Below are positions 17,929 to 26,498 of a stretch of DNA of 49,564 nt, piece after piece. Location: NCBI GenBank assembly GCA_035464455.1, contig DATHSE010000171.1, forward strand, positions 1-49,564. Reading direction: 5' to 3'. The translations under genes and the position numbers were made by a program. The DNA comes from Anaerolineae bacterium. GTDB taxonomy: Bacteria; Chloroflexota; Limnocylindria; Limnocylindrales; CSP1-4. Numbering within the stretch: the stretch's first letter is position 1; each line of letters opens with the position of its first letter. The notes beneath the pieces were generated by a model, which searched no databases, was not told the DNA's origin, and saw only the letters and a program-made list of their open reading frames with translations.

Positions 17929-17964
17929 TCCACCCACACCGGCGGGCTGTCGGTCGCGCGGTCG

Positions 17965-18432
17965 TCAGGCGTCGAGCGTGTCCGCCTCCGTCGGGAAGCT
18001 CAGCACGGTCATCTCGTCGCACTCGGTGCAGACGTAGCCACGTCCGACGAAGGCGGGCACCTGCGCCGATGCCAGCGGTTCGGGCATCAGGCGCACCGGC
18101 GTCGCCCCGGATCCATGCTGGTGCCAGACCTTGGACGTGGCACCGTCGCAGCCGACCGAGATGAGCGTCCACGTGGCCCCTTCCGGACCGACGCTCGCCG
18201 GCAGACGCCGATGATCGGGGATCCACCAGTAGGGCATGGTGCCATCGGCGTGCGGCATGCCGGCCAGCACGTACACCCCCTGGTCATCGGGACCGGCGCG
18301 GAGGAAGTCGGGCGGTCCGCCGGCAGCGAGGGCGTTCGCACGGACGACTGCGCCGTCGTCAGGGCCGCCACGGAGGCGGGCTTGGTAGGTGGTGCGAGTC
18401 TCCTCGCCGGTCTTGATCGCCATCGGTCCCAT
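17965..18432 (-). CDS. Hypothetical protein (155 aa)
   Basis: Only non-shadow-like frame in this interval (W/Y/H/C/M present; ..MPYWWIPDH.., ..GYVCTECDEM..). Alternative start at ATG 18423. No family recognised. Confidence 0.5.
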   Translation of the reverse strand: MGPMAIKTGEETRTTYQARLRGGPDDGAVVRANALAAGGPPDFLRAGPDDQGVYVLAGMPHADGTMPYWWIPDHRRLPASVGPEGATWTLISVGCDGATSKVWHQHGSGATPVRLMPEPLASAQVPAFVGRGYVCTECDEMTVLSFPTEADTLDA

Positions 18433-18608
18433 CGTGCGGATAGGACGATAGTCCTGTCAACGAGTTTGGCATCGCAGCGGTGTCACACGGCACCGCTTGT
18501 GCATCGGTGCTGCCGCGGGCCTGTTCGACGCGTGCCAGGAACTCGCTGGCGCGCAGCCCGACGCCGACCCCGCAGCAGCTGGCGGTCCATGGTGCTACCT
18601 TGTGACAC

Positions 18609-18872
18609 ATGGAACGGGTCGGCATCCGCCAGCTTCGCCAACAGGCCAGCAGCATCCTTCGCCGGGTCAGCGCCGGAGAGACGATAGAGGTCACCGACCG
18701 GGGGCGTCCGGTGGCGCTGATGGTGCGCGCCATGCCGTCGGGGCTCGCGCGGCTCGAGCAGGAGGGCCTCTTGCGACCCGCGGACGGCGATCTGCTCGCG
18801 CTCGCACCGGTGAAGCTGACGCCCGGCAGCCGGCCTCCCTCGGAGCTGGTGTCCGAGGGCCGCGACGATTGA
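18609..18872 (+). CDS. vapB: Type II antitoxin, Phd/YefM family (VapB-type)
   Basis: MERVGIRQLRQQASSILRRVSAGETIEVTDRGRPVALMV. TACCTT hexamer 7 nt upstream of the ATG, with no SD. Confidence 0.8.
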   Translation: MERVGIRQLRQQASSILRRVSAGETIEVTDRGRPVALMVRAMPSGLARLEQEGLLRPADGDLLALAPVKLTPGSRPPSELVSEGRDD

Positions 18873-19264
18873 GGGCGCTGTATCTCGATAGTTCGGCCTT
18901 CGTCAAGGTCATCGTCGAAGAGCCTGCATCGATCGCCCTGCGCGAGTACCTGGCGGCTGAGTCGGCTCGCTTCGTCTCGTCCGCGCTGCTCCGGACGGAA
19001 GCGCAGCGTGCCGTCCGGCAGCAGGGCCCGGAGGTTCGCGGCGCCGTGCGTGCCGGCCTGCGTCGGATCGAGCTCATCGCCATCGACGACCGCATCCTGG
19101 ACGCTGCCGGTACCCTGGAGCCGCAGATCCTGCGCACGCTCGATGCCATCCACGTGGCCTCGGCCCTCGCGGTCGGGGACGACCTCGTGGCGATCGTCAC
19201 CTACGACGGGCGGATGATCGACGCCGCCGGCCAGCTCGGACTCCCCACCGCCACGCCGGTCTGA
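18869..19264 (+). CDS. vapC: Type II toxin VapC (PIN-domain ribonuclease)
   Basis: TTG start overlaps the antitoxin stop (TTGA). PIN residues: LYLDSSAF, LLRTEAQ, TLDAIHVASA, VTYDGRM. It lies in the frame of ORF 18497..19264. Confidence 0.8.
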   Translation: MRALYLDSSAFVKVIVEEPASIALREYLAAESARFVSSALLRTEAQRAVRQQGPEVRGAVRAGLRRIELIAIDDRILDAAGTLEPQILRTLDAIHVASALAVGDDLVAIVTYDGRMIDAAGQLGLPTATPV

Positions 19265-19318
19265 CCCGCGATGTCCGTCGATCCCCGCCGGATCGAACCG
19301 TGCCCGCGTGTGTGTGAC

Positions 19319-19508
19319 ATGCGCATGGCTCGTGTCAACGTGTACCTGCCGGATGATCTCGCCAGCGCGGCGCGGCGGTGCGGGACTGAACGTGTCCGCA
19401 CTCACGCGGGACGCGGTTCGACAGGCGCTCAGCGCTCGCCGGACGGATGCGTGGTTGAGCCAGTTGCTGGCGATGGTGGGCCCGGAGGCGGAGCTGCTGC
19501 AGATCTGA
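19319..19508 (+). pseudogene. Frameshifted ribbon-helix-helix (CopG/CcdA-like) antitoxin with no cognate toxin
   Basis: Frame 1 gives M(R)MARVNVYLPDDLASAARR, and the +1 frame continues AGLNVSALTRDAVRQALSARRTDAWLSQLL..*. Removing T19379 joins them into one ~60-aa RHH protein. Confidence 0.6.
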
Positions 19509-19520
19509 GCGTGGCGACGG

Positions 19521-22500
19521 TCACTCCTGGCCGGCTGATCCGGCGTCGGAGTCGGGCGAACCTGCGCCGATCTCGAGCGTGCCGGCCTCGCTGAGGCGGA
19601 TCAGCTCCGGCGCGCGGATGGACTGGACCACGGCCGGCTCCCAAAGGAACGAGCCCGAGTTCACCACCCGCGCCCGGTAGCGCAGCGTCTGGACCGGCCT
19701 TTTGGGGTTGGGCCACACGCACCAGCTGACCTGCTGGCCGGAGATGCTCCAGGGCTGCTGACCGACCGGTGCATCCCCGTTCTTCGTCGAACGCTGCCGC
19801 CAGGACATGCCTTCGCGCAGGGGTGCCAGGCCCGACGGCGCCACCTCGGTCACGAGGTAGCAGTCATCCAGGGCGGCAGGCCCAAGGCCCACCGTGAGCG
19901 TCACATCGACAAGGTCGGACGACCGGATGACCCCGGCCGGGCTGACCGTGCGGCGCAGCACCATGGCCTCATCCTCGGCGATGCCGCCGGGGTCCAGCGG
20001 TTCGCGCCACGAGCTGGCCACGCCCAGCGAGCCGGTCAGCGGCGACAGTCGCAGTGCCTCCCGCTGTGGCGCGGTGAGCGTCAGCTGATGCTGCTCGCCC
20101 GCGTCGAGCTCGACCGTCTGCGGCTCGCCATCGAGCTGCCAGCTGAAGCTCGCCGCCGCCGCCGGCGTCCGTTCCATGACGCGCGAGATGTAGGCGATGC
20201 GCTGCAGGTTGGCCAGCGTCTCCGGGGGCGGGTATTCCGCTACATAGGCATCGGCCGCCTCGGCCACGGCATCGTCACCCACGCCCGCGGCCAGGATCGA
20301 GAGCAGCGCGGTCAGCTCCGCGCTCCGCTGCGCGGGCCGGTCGTCCTCCTCGTCCCACAGTCGCACCCACGGACCCAGCTGCTGACCGTAGCGCGCCAGC
20401 AGCCCCCGCTCCAGCTCCAGCGCCCCGGCCTCATCACCGGCAGCAGCCAGGCCGATGCCGAGCAGCAGCCGCTCGTAGACGGTGAGCCCCTCGTCGTCGA
20501 GGTACCCCTGCAATGACAGCAGGGCATCGTCACCCAGCACCGCGCGCCCCACGCTCGCCTGCAGCTTCCGCTCGCGCGAGACGTTGCGCCGCCGATCGAG
20601 GTCGCGGAAGCCTTCCAGCAGGGCGGCGCGGTCGACCGCGTCTGGTGTGGCGATGGCCACCAGCAGCGACAGCGACTCACTGCTGCTCGAGTAGGGCAGC
20701 AGTGCGATGAGACCATCGAGCGCCTGGAACTGCCGGCTCTCGAAGGCTCCGCCCGGCGCGTCGCCCGCCTCCTCGCCGAACGTGCGATCGAGCAGCTGCC
20801 GAGCCTGGCCGGCGGCCAGGGCCTGGTCGGCACGCGGTCCGGCGGACCACGCCAGGTCGACGAGATCGGGATAGAAGCGGCCGCGGCCGGCATCGCTGAT
20901 CACGATCGTGGTCAGGCCATCACCGCCGGGCACGGCCTGGCCATCGGCCAGGGTGGTGTGTGCCGCGCGGCCCTGCTCGAGCCGCGAGCGGCGGACCTCG
21001 ATCTGGCGGGTCAGGCGGTCATGCAGCTCCACGCCATCGACATCGGCCACGGCATCGAGCGTGACCGCGTGGCGCCCCTCCGCGAGCGGCGGCAGGGCGA
21101 TGCCGGCCGTCTTGAAGGCCATGCCGTCGACCCGCGTCGATCCCAGGTCCAGCGAGGGTGCGCTGAGGGTGAATGTCACCGGCGTATCGGCGCGCAGCCC
21201 GGGGCCGTAGGCTCGCAGGCGCAGCCTGGGCGTATCGCCGACCACGAACTCGCGGGCCGTCACCAGCTCGGCGAAGAACGGCAGCCCGACCGGCACCAGC
21301 GTCGTCGCCTCGCCCGCCTCCACTCGCTCGCTCACCGCGGTCGCGCTCACGCGCCACGACGTCAGGTCGTCGGAGACATCGAAGCGCACGCGCCCTTCGC
21401 CGTCGGCATCGGTCTCGATCTGCTCGAAGAGCACCCAATCGCGGAAATCGTCCCGGCCACCGCCGGCGGTGTCCCCCTCACCACCACCCACGTCCATGCC
21501 CACCGGCAGCCCCGAGGGCAGCAGGTGCGTGGCATAGGTGCGGATGGTGCCCGACCAGACGGGCCGGTAGAGCTCTTCGAGCGGCGCGAGGTCGAAGGCC
21601 AGGTCCATGGCATAGAGCTTCTCGTCCACCGCCCGCAGCACCACGCTCGCCGGCACGCCCTCGCCGTCCTGGCCGATCGTGCGAACCGCCAGCTCGACGG
21701 TCTCGCCGGGCGCGTAGCGCTCGCGATCGGGCGACAGCTCCACCTCCAGTCGCCGGCTCTGGGCGTCCAGGCTGACCCCCAAGCCGCCCGGCACCGGGAT
21801 GTACGTCGTGCCCGTGAAGCGCACCGCTCCGATGTCGACCGAGGGTGCGTCCGACGGTTCGAAGGTGAACGAGTGGACCGGGGAGCGCTGCACCGTCGCC
21901 TCCTGCAGCCCCGCCTGGCCGAGCAGGAAGAGATAGCGGTTGGCACCGCCGGTGGGCTGCGGCTCGGGGCCCTGTCGCAGCTCCACCGCGTAGGTCTCGC
22001 CTTCCGCGACGGTGATGCGCCACGGCATCTCGTCGGAACCGGCCAGCGCCAGGTAGGCCCGCTGCTCCTCGGTCTCCGGCCACGGGCGCCACGCGTCGCG
22101 AGTCAGGCGCGTCGTGCGGCCGGCGGGGTCGAGCGTGGTCAGTGACACCTCGTAGGCGCGATCGGCCAGGGCCGGCGCGATCAGCGTGAAGGCGCCATCC
22201 GGCCCGCTGACCAGCTCCTGCGGCGGGAACCGACGTCGTTGGGCGTCGTAGCGATAGATCGGCACGACCTTCTTGGCGATGAAGTCATAGACCGTGCCAT
22301 CCTGTCGGCGGACCCACTCGGTCTCGGTGATGCGCGCGGTCACCTGCGCATCCGGGACCGGCGCTCCGCGTGGGTCGAGCCGGTGATGGATGTCCTTCGC
22401 GATCTGCCGCTCGAGCCGCTCCAGGTCGACCTCGTGCACCGTCCCGCTGACCCGGATCTCAGCGCCGGCGCGTCTCACCTGTGCGTCGAGGTAGCGCGAG

Positions 22501-24560
22501 CTCGGCAGCACCACGATACCGGTGCCGGCGTCGACCCGGCCCTCCTCGGCCCGCCGCGGCCGGGCTCCGATCGACTGGTGCGCGAGCTGCTCGACGCGGT
22601 TCCCCGCGCGGGCCGTGAGGCGCGCCACCGCCCGACCGGAGGCATTGGTGATGGCCGTGCGCTGTTGCCCTACCGACGAGATGGTGAGCGGCGTGCCCGG
22701 GACCGCGGTGCCGTCGAAGAAGGTGGCGGCGACCGACACGCGCACGTTCTCGCCGGCCAGGAAGGCTCGGCGGTTGGTGCTGAGGTCGAGCCGGTAGGCG
22801 GGCTTGACGATGTGGATGATGTTCACCCACGTCTCCCCCACGGACTCACCGCCGGCCGTGACGTCGATGCGGTAGCTGCCCAGCGGCAGCTCCTCGAACG
22901 AGAGCGAGCCGCTGTAGACGCCGTTGGGCGACGGGCGCACGCTGGCCGTGGCGATGGCGGGCGGCGGCGTGGCGTCTGCCCGGTAGCTGTCCCAGTCGGT
23001 CCGCAGGTGCAGCTCGACCGCTTGGGGGACCGAGCCGTCGCGGCGATCGCGGAACATGCCCCAGACGTTGATGCTGTCGCTGCTGCGATACCCGCTGCGG
23101 TCGGTGTAGAGGAACGACCAGGCCAGGTCCCACGGCTGCAGCTGCCGACCCCAGCTCTCGATGTTGGGCGACGTCCAGGAGGCACCGCCGAAGGGCAGGT
23201 AGACCGCGGCGTCGTCGCTGCGAACGAGCACCAGCGGTGCCGGTTCTTCGGCCGCCAGGGCATCGGGCGTCGGGGCCTGCAGGATGCCGCGGGCGTCGGT
23301 CCGGCCCAGCACTGGGCCGCCCACGAGGCGGACCTGCGCGTCGTGCACCGGCGAGCCGGTGCTTACGTCGTTGACCCAGACCAGCGACGAGGTGGTGGTG
23401 ACGTGCGCGTACGCCGAGAGGTCGCTGACCTGCAGGATCAGCTGCGAGCCCGGGCCCGAGCCGTCGCGCGCGGGGATGACGAGGACGTACCAGCCGGCCG
23501 ACAGGGGTGTCTCGAGCGTGAGCGCGCGCCGCTGCCGGTCCCAGGGATCGAGCGACTGCAGCGTCGCCTGCTGGGAGCCGAGCCGCTGCATGCCCTCGGT
23601 GTCGATGACGTGCTCGCGATAGGGCCACCGGTCGCCGCTGCGAACAGCACTGAGCGACGATCCCACCGCCTCGAGCGAGCCGAAGCGGAAGACGTCGACG
23701 GCAACGCGCTCGATCGCCTTGCCCCGCGTGTAGACCTCCACGATGGCCGGCTCGCCCGGTCGCGTCTCTGCCACCCGGCCGGTGAAGGCCGCCGCCGGCC
23801 GGACACGGGCCTGCCCGGCGCGCCGCGTGGCGAACTCGACGACGGTGTCGCGCGTCGTGCGCGTGCGGGGATCGCTGGTGCCGACACCGGCGCTGAGCGT
23901 CACGCGGTAGACGGTGTCCTCCTGCAGCGGGCTGCGTGGGATGAACGAGAGCACCCGGCCGCGCCGCTCGAAGCGGCCCTTGACCGGCGGCTCGATGGAG
24001 AACGCGCGCTCCGGATGAAGCACGCCGTCACGGTCGAAGGTCAGCTCGATGCCAGTGGTGGGCGGAACGTCGCGGCGGTGATGACGAGGCAGCGTCTCGA
24101 CGACCGCGACCGGGGTGCGCACGTGGAAGGACCATGCGCCCAGGCGCGCGCCGTCGCTGCCGGTCAGGCTGAAGGAGAGCTGGGAGCCGGGTTCCAGTGG
24201 CTGCTGCGGCCGCAGCTCCGCGACCGTGGGGTCCGCCCCTGCGTCGACCGACAGCTCGATGCCCGGATCGACGACCAGCAGCTCCGCGAGCGCACCGGCA
24301 GGACCGGCGCCGTCGCTGATGAGGTGGAAGGTAGCGTCGACCGGGATGCCGGTCTCGTCGACCTCGGACGGTTCCAGCTCGACGAGCCGCTCCGGGACGG
24401 GCAGCTCCACGCGGCCCCAGCCCTGGCCCGGGTCGGTCGCGGCGAGGAGCGGTCCGGGCAGCGCGGACATCGGCAGGCTGGCGATGAGCGCGAGCACCAG
24501 CGATACGGCAAGCGTAGTCGGGCCCCGGTGAGAACGAGATCTCCGGTGGACCGACAACAC
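19521..24560 (-). CDS. Alpha-2-macroglobulin family protein (1679 aa, no thioester motif)
   Basis: N-terminal signal/TM segment. Repeated MG/Ig-like beta modules. Family hallmarks LRAVDEKLYAM.., FRDWVLFEQIETDADGEGRVRFDVSDDLTSWRVSATAVS. At the position where PYGCxEQ is expected the sequence reads LLPYSSSSESLS (encoded 20673-20696). Confidence 0.85.
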   Translation of the reverse strand: MLSVHRRSRSHRGPTTLAVSLVLALIASLPMSALPGPLLAATDPGQGWGRVELPVPERLVELEPSEVDETGIPVDATFHLISDGAGPAGALAELLVVDPGIELSVDAGADPTVAELRPQQPLEPGSQLSFSLTGSDGARLGAWSFHVRTPVAVVETLPRHHRRDVPPTTGIELTFDRDGVLHPERAFSIEPPVKGRFERRGRVLSFIPRSPLQEDTVYRVTLSAGVGTSDPRTRTTRDTVVEFATRRAGQARVRPAAAFTGRVAETRPGEPAIVEVYTRGKAIERVAVDVFRFGSLEAVGSSLSAVRSGDRWPYREHVIDTEGMQRLGSQQATLQSLDPWDRQRRALTLETPLSAGWYVLVIPARDGSGPGSQLILQVSDLSAYAHVTTTSSLVWVNDVSTGSPVHDAQVRLVGGPVLGRTDARGILQAPTPDALAAEEPAPLVLVRSDDAAVYLPFGGASWTSPNIESWGRQLQPWDLAWSFLYTDRSGYRSSDSINVWGMFRDRRDGSVPQAVELHLRTDWDSYRADATPPPAIATASVRPSPNGVYSGSLSFEELPLGSYRIDVTAGGESVGETWVNIIHIVKPAYRLDLSTNRRAFLAGENVRVSVAATFFDGTAVPGTPLTISSVGQQRTAITNASGRAVARLTARAGNRVEQLAHQSIGARPRRAEEGRVDAGTGIVVLPSSRYLDAQVRRAGAEIRVSGTVHEVDLERLERQIAKDIHHRLDPRGAPVPDAQVTARITETEWVRRQDGTVYDFIAKKVVPIYRYDAQRRRFPPQELVSGPDGAFTLIAPALADRAYEVSLTTLDPAGRTTRLTRDAWRPWPETEEQRAYLALAGSDEMPWRITVAEGETYAVELRQGPEPQPTGGANRYLFLLGQAGLQEATVQRSPVHSFTFEPSDAPSVDIGAVRFTGTTYIPVPGGLGVSLDAQSRRLEVELSPDRERYAPGETVELAVRTIGQDGEGVPASVVLRAVDEKLYAMDLAFDLAPLEELYRPVWSGTIRTYATHLLPSGLPVGMDVGGGEGDTAGGGRDDFRDWVLFEQIETDADGEGRVRFDVSDDLTSWRVSATAVSERVEAGEATTLVPVGLPFFAELVTAREFVVGDTPRLRLRAYGPGLRADTPVTFTLSAPSLDLGSTRVDGMAFKTAGIALPPLAEGRHAVTLDAVADVDGVELHDRLTRQIEVRRSRLEQGRAAHTTLADGQAVPGGDGLTTIVISDAGRGRFYPDLVDLAWSAGPRADQALAAGQARQLLDRTFGEEAGDAPGGAFESRQFQALDGLIALLPYSSSSESLSLLVAIATPDAVDRAALLEGFRDLDRRRNVSRERKLQASVGRAVLGDDALLSLQGYLDDEGLTVYERLLLGIGLAAAGDEAGALELERGLLARYGQQLGPWVRLWDEEDDRPAQRSAELTALLSILAAGVGDDAVAEAADAYVAEYPPPETLANLQRIAYISRVMERTPAAAASFSWQLDGEPQTVELDAGEQHQLTLTAPQREALRLSPLTGSLGVASSWREPLDPGGIAEDEAMVLRRTVSPAGVIRSSDLVDVTLTVGLGPAALDDCYLVTEVAPSGLAPLREGMSWRQRSTKNGDAPVGQQPWSISGQQVSWCVWPNPKRPVQTLRYRARVVNSGSFLWEPAVVQSIRAPELIRLSEAGTLEIGAGSPDSDAGSAGQE

Positions 24561-24667
24561 AGCTCCCTGCGCGCTCGTGCGGACCGCTTGACTCCTGCCT
24601 GAGGGTGAACCGTCCTCTCATGCCGCGCAAGTGCCGGACGTCCCGGCCAAGCCTGCTCGAACTCCCC

Positions 24668-26383
24668 TCAGCCGCCTCGCAGCCGCTCCGCCAGCACACG
24701 CGGCGCGATGACCACGAGGTGTGTGGTCGCGCGTGTCAGACCCACGTACAGCAGCTCATCCAGCCGGGCGCCATCCTCGGGCAGCTCGCAGAGCACGATG
24801 ACCTCACGCTCCAGCCCCTTGAAGCGACGGATGGTCTCGAAGAGCACCACGTCGTCGGGCTCGTCCGGGACTCGCTCGGGCGGTAGTCCCCTGGAACGGC
24901 CCTCGTCATCGAGCGCCTCGTTCCAGAGCACGAGATTGCCGAAGCGTCGGGCGCGCCAGACGTCACTGGCGCCGGCCGAACGACCCGACAGCACCGCGAT
25001 GCGGAAGGCGGGCACTTGCTCCTCCACGCTGAGCCGGTGCAGGGTCTTGCGCAGCGCCTCCACGGTGGCCGCGCCGGGCTCCGCGTCGATGATCTCGGCC
25101 GGCAATCCTTCATCGCGGTAGACCTCGATGTCGGCGGCATCGTCGCGGAAGCGCGAGGCCAGGCGTGCCACCGCGGGAGGGTTGCGATGGTCCTCGAACA
25201 GCTCCAGCCGCTCGAGACCAAGCTGATTCACGACATCGGGCCGGAACAGCGCCTGGGCCGGATCGTGGAAGACCCAGAAGACCCCCTGATCGGTATCGAC
25301 CAATAGCAAGGCTAACGACTCCAGCCAGCCCAGCGTGAAGTCCTGCCCCTCGTCCACGATGACAGCGTGGTAGCGGGCGTCCGGATCGTTGCCGATGGCG
25401 GCGTCAAGCGCATCGGGTAGCGCCTCGTCCCACCACTCACGCGGGATCGGCACGGGCCGGGCCGGCAGCGTGCCGGCCCTCGTCCCCAGCAGCTCGCACA
25501 GCCGGTGGAAGGTCGTGACCGTGAGGCCGGCGGGGGCCTTGGCGTCGGCCAGGTCGCGCTGCATCGTGGTCGCCAGCCGCTGGTTGAAGCACACCAGCAG
25601 CGTCCGATACCCCTCGGCCGCCAGCCGTCGCGCGCGCTCGGACGCGAGCATGGACTTGCCGCTGCCCGCCGGCCCCACCACCTCCACCTGGCGCAACGAC
25701 CTCCATTGGTTGAGGATGCGCGACTGCATGCGGCTGGCAGCCACCAGGGCCGCGCGATCGTCCGCGATGCGTCCCCGCACGAGTCGACGCAGCGACACGG
25801 TCGGCCGCAGCAGCGCATCCACCAGCCGCACACCCTGCTCGCCGAGTGGCCGCCGAGCGCCCGCGCCATCGCCGGTCCAGTAGTCGAAGACGTGATCCAG
25901 CCAGCGCTGGATGCCGTCGACGGTCTCGAGCGCATGGGCATCGAGCACCAGGTCCGTCGGCGCCTCGAGCCCCAGCAGGGCATGTCCGCGCGGCAGGCTG
26001 CCGAGGTCGACATCGGGGAAGGCGACGGCATGACCGGCGAGCGGATCGAGATCGCGAGGCCAATCGGGCAGGTCCAGGAGCTTGGCACGCAGGAAGTGCT
26101 TGCTGTCTTCGGCCTGCTTGAAGGGCGACTGCTTCAGCGTGATGGGGCCAAGGTGCCAGCGGCCATCGTGATCGAGCGATGGCTCACCGGCCTTCACCTC
26201 CAGCACTAGGAGCCCGTGATCGGGATGGGTGATGACCGCGTCCGCTTCGCCGTCGCGTGCCGGTCCGTTGTAGCGCACGGGCCCGGTCCAGCTGACGTTG
26301 ACGTAGATGCGGTAGGCAGGCTCCGGCAGCGCCGCCCGCAGCCGCTGCTCGACCCGCCGTTCGGCATCCGCTCCGCGTGTCAT
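24668..26383 (-). CDS. NERD domain - SF1 (UvrD/Rep-like) helicase fusion protein
   Basis: NERD N-terminus (..RDGEADAVITHPDHGLLVLEVKAGE..). Walker A VVGPAGSGKSML, Walker B AVIVDEGQDF, C-terminal helicase motif LLYVGLTRATTHLVVIA. Confidence 0.85.
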   Translation of the reverse strand: MTRGADAERRVEQRLRAALPEPAYRIYVNVSWTGPVRYNGPARDGEADAVITHPDHGLLVLEVKAGEPSLDHDGRWHLGPITLKQSPFKQAEDSKHFLRAKLLDLPDWPRDLDPLAGHAVAFPDVDLGSLPRGHALLGLEAPTDLVLDAHALETVDGIQRWLDHVFDYWTGDGAGARRPLGEQGVRLVDALLRPTVSLRRLVRGRIADDRAALVAASRMQSRILNQWRSLRQVEVVGPAGSGKSMLASERARRLAAEGYRTLLVCFNQRLATTMQRDLADAKAPAGLTVTTFHRLCELLGTRAGTLPARPVPIPREWWDEALPDALDAAIGNDPDARYHAVIVDEGQDFTLGWLESLALLLVDTDQGVFWVFHDPAQALFRPDVVNQLGLERLELFEDHRNPPAVARLASRFRDDAADIEVYRDEGLPAEIIDAEPGAATVEALRKTLHRLSVEEQVPAFRIAVLSGRSAGASDVWRARRFGNLVLWNEALDDEGRSRGLPPERVPDEPDDVVLFETIRRFKGLEREVIVLCELPEDGARLDELLYVGLTRATTHLVVIAPRVLAERLRGG

Positions 26384-26498
26384 GCGCCGAGTCTGCCCGC
26401 CGAGATGGGCGCGCGCAACGGGCGTGAGGTCCTGGGTGCGTGCCGGCCGCTACGGTCGAGCCCGTGGCCCCCCGCCGGCTCAGTGGCGCCCCGTCGTA

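Noticed and set aside
22239-24602. 787-aa plus-strand ORF (and several 100-400-aa ORFs at 20958-22145 and 21478-23887) inside the A2M gene
   Set aside because: They are antisense or out of frame relative to a 1679-aa ORF that has clear A2M family signatures. Their composition is Arg/Gly/Ala/Pro-biased.
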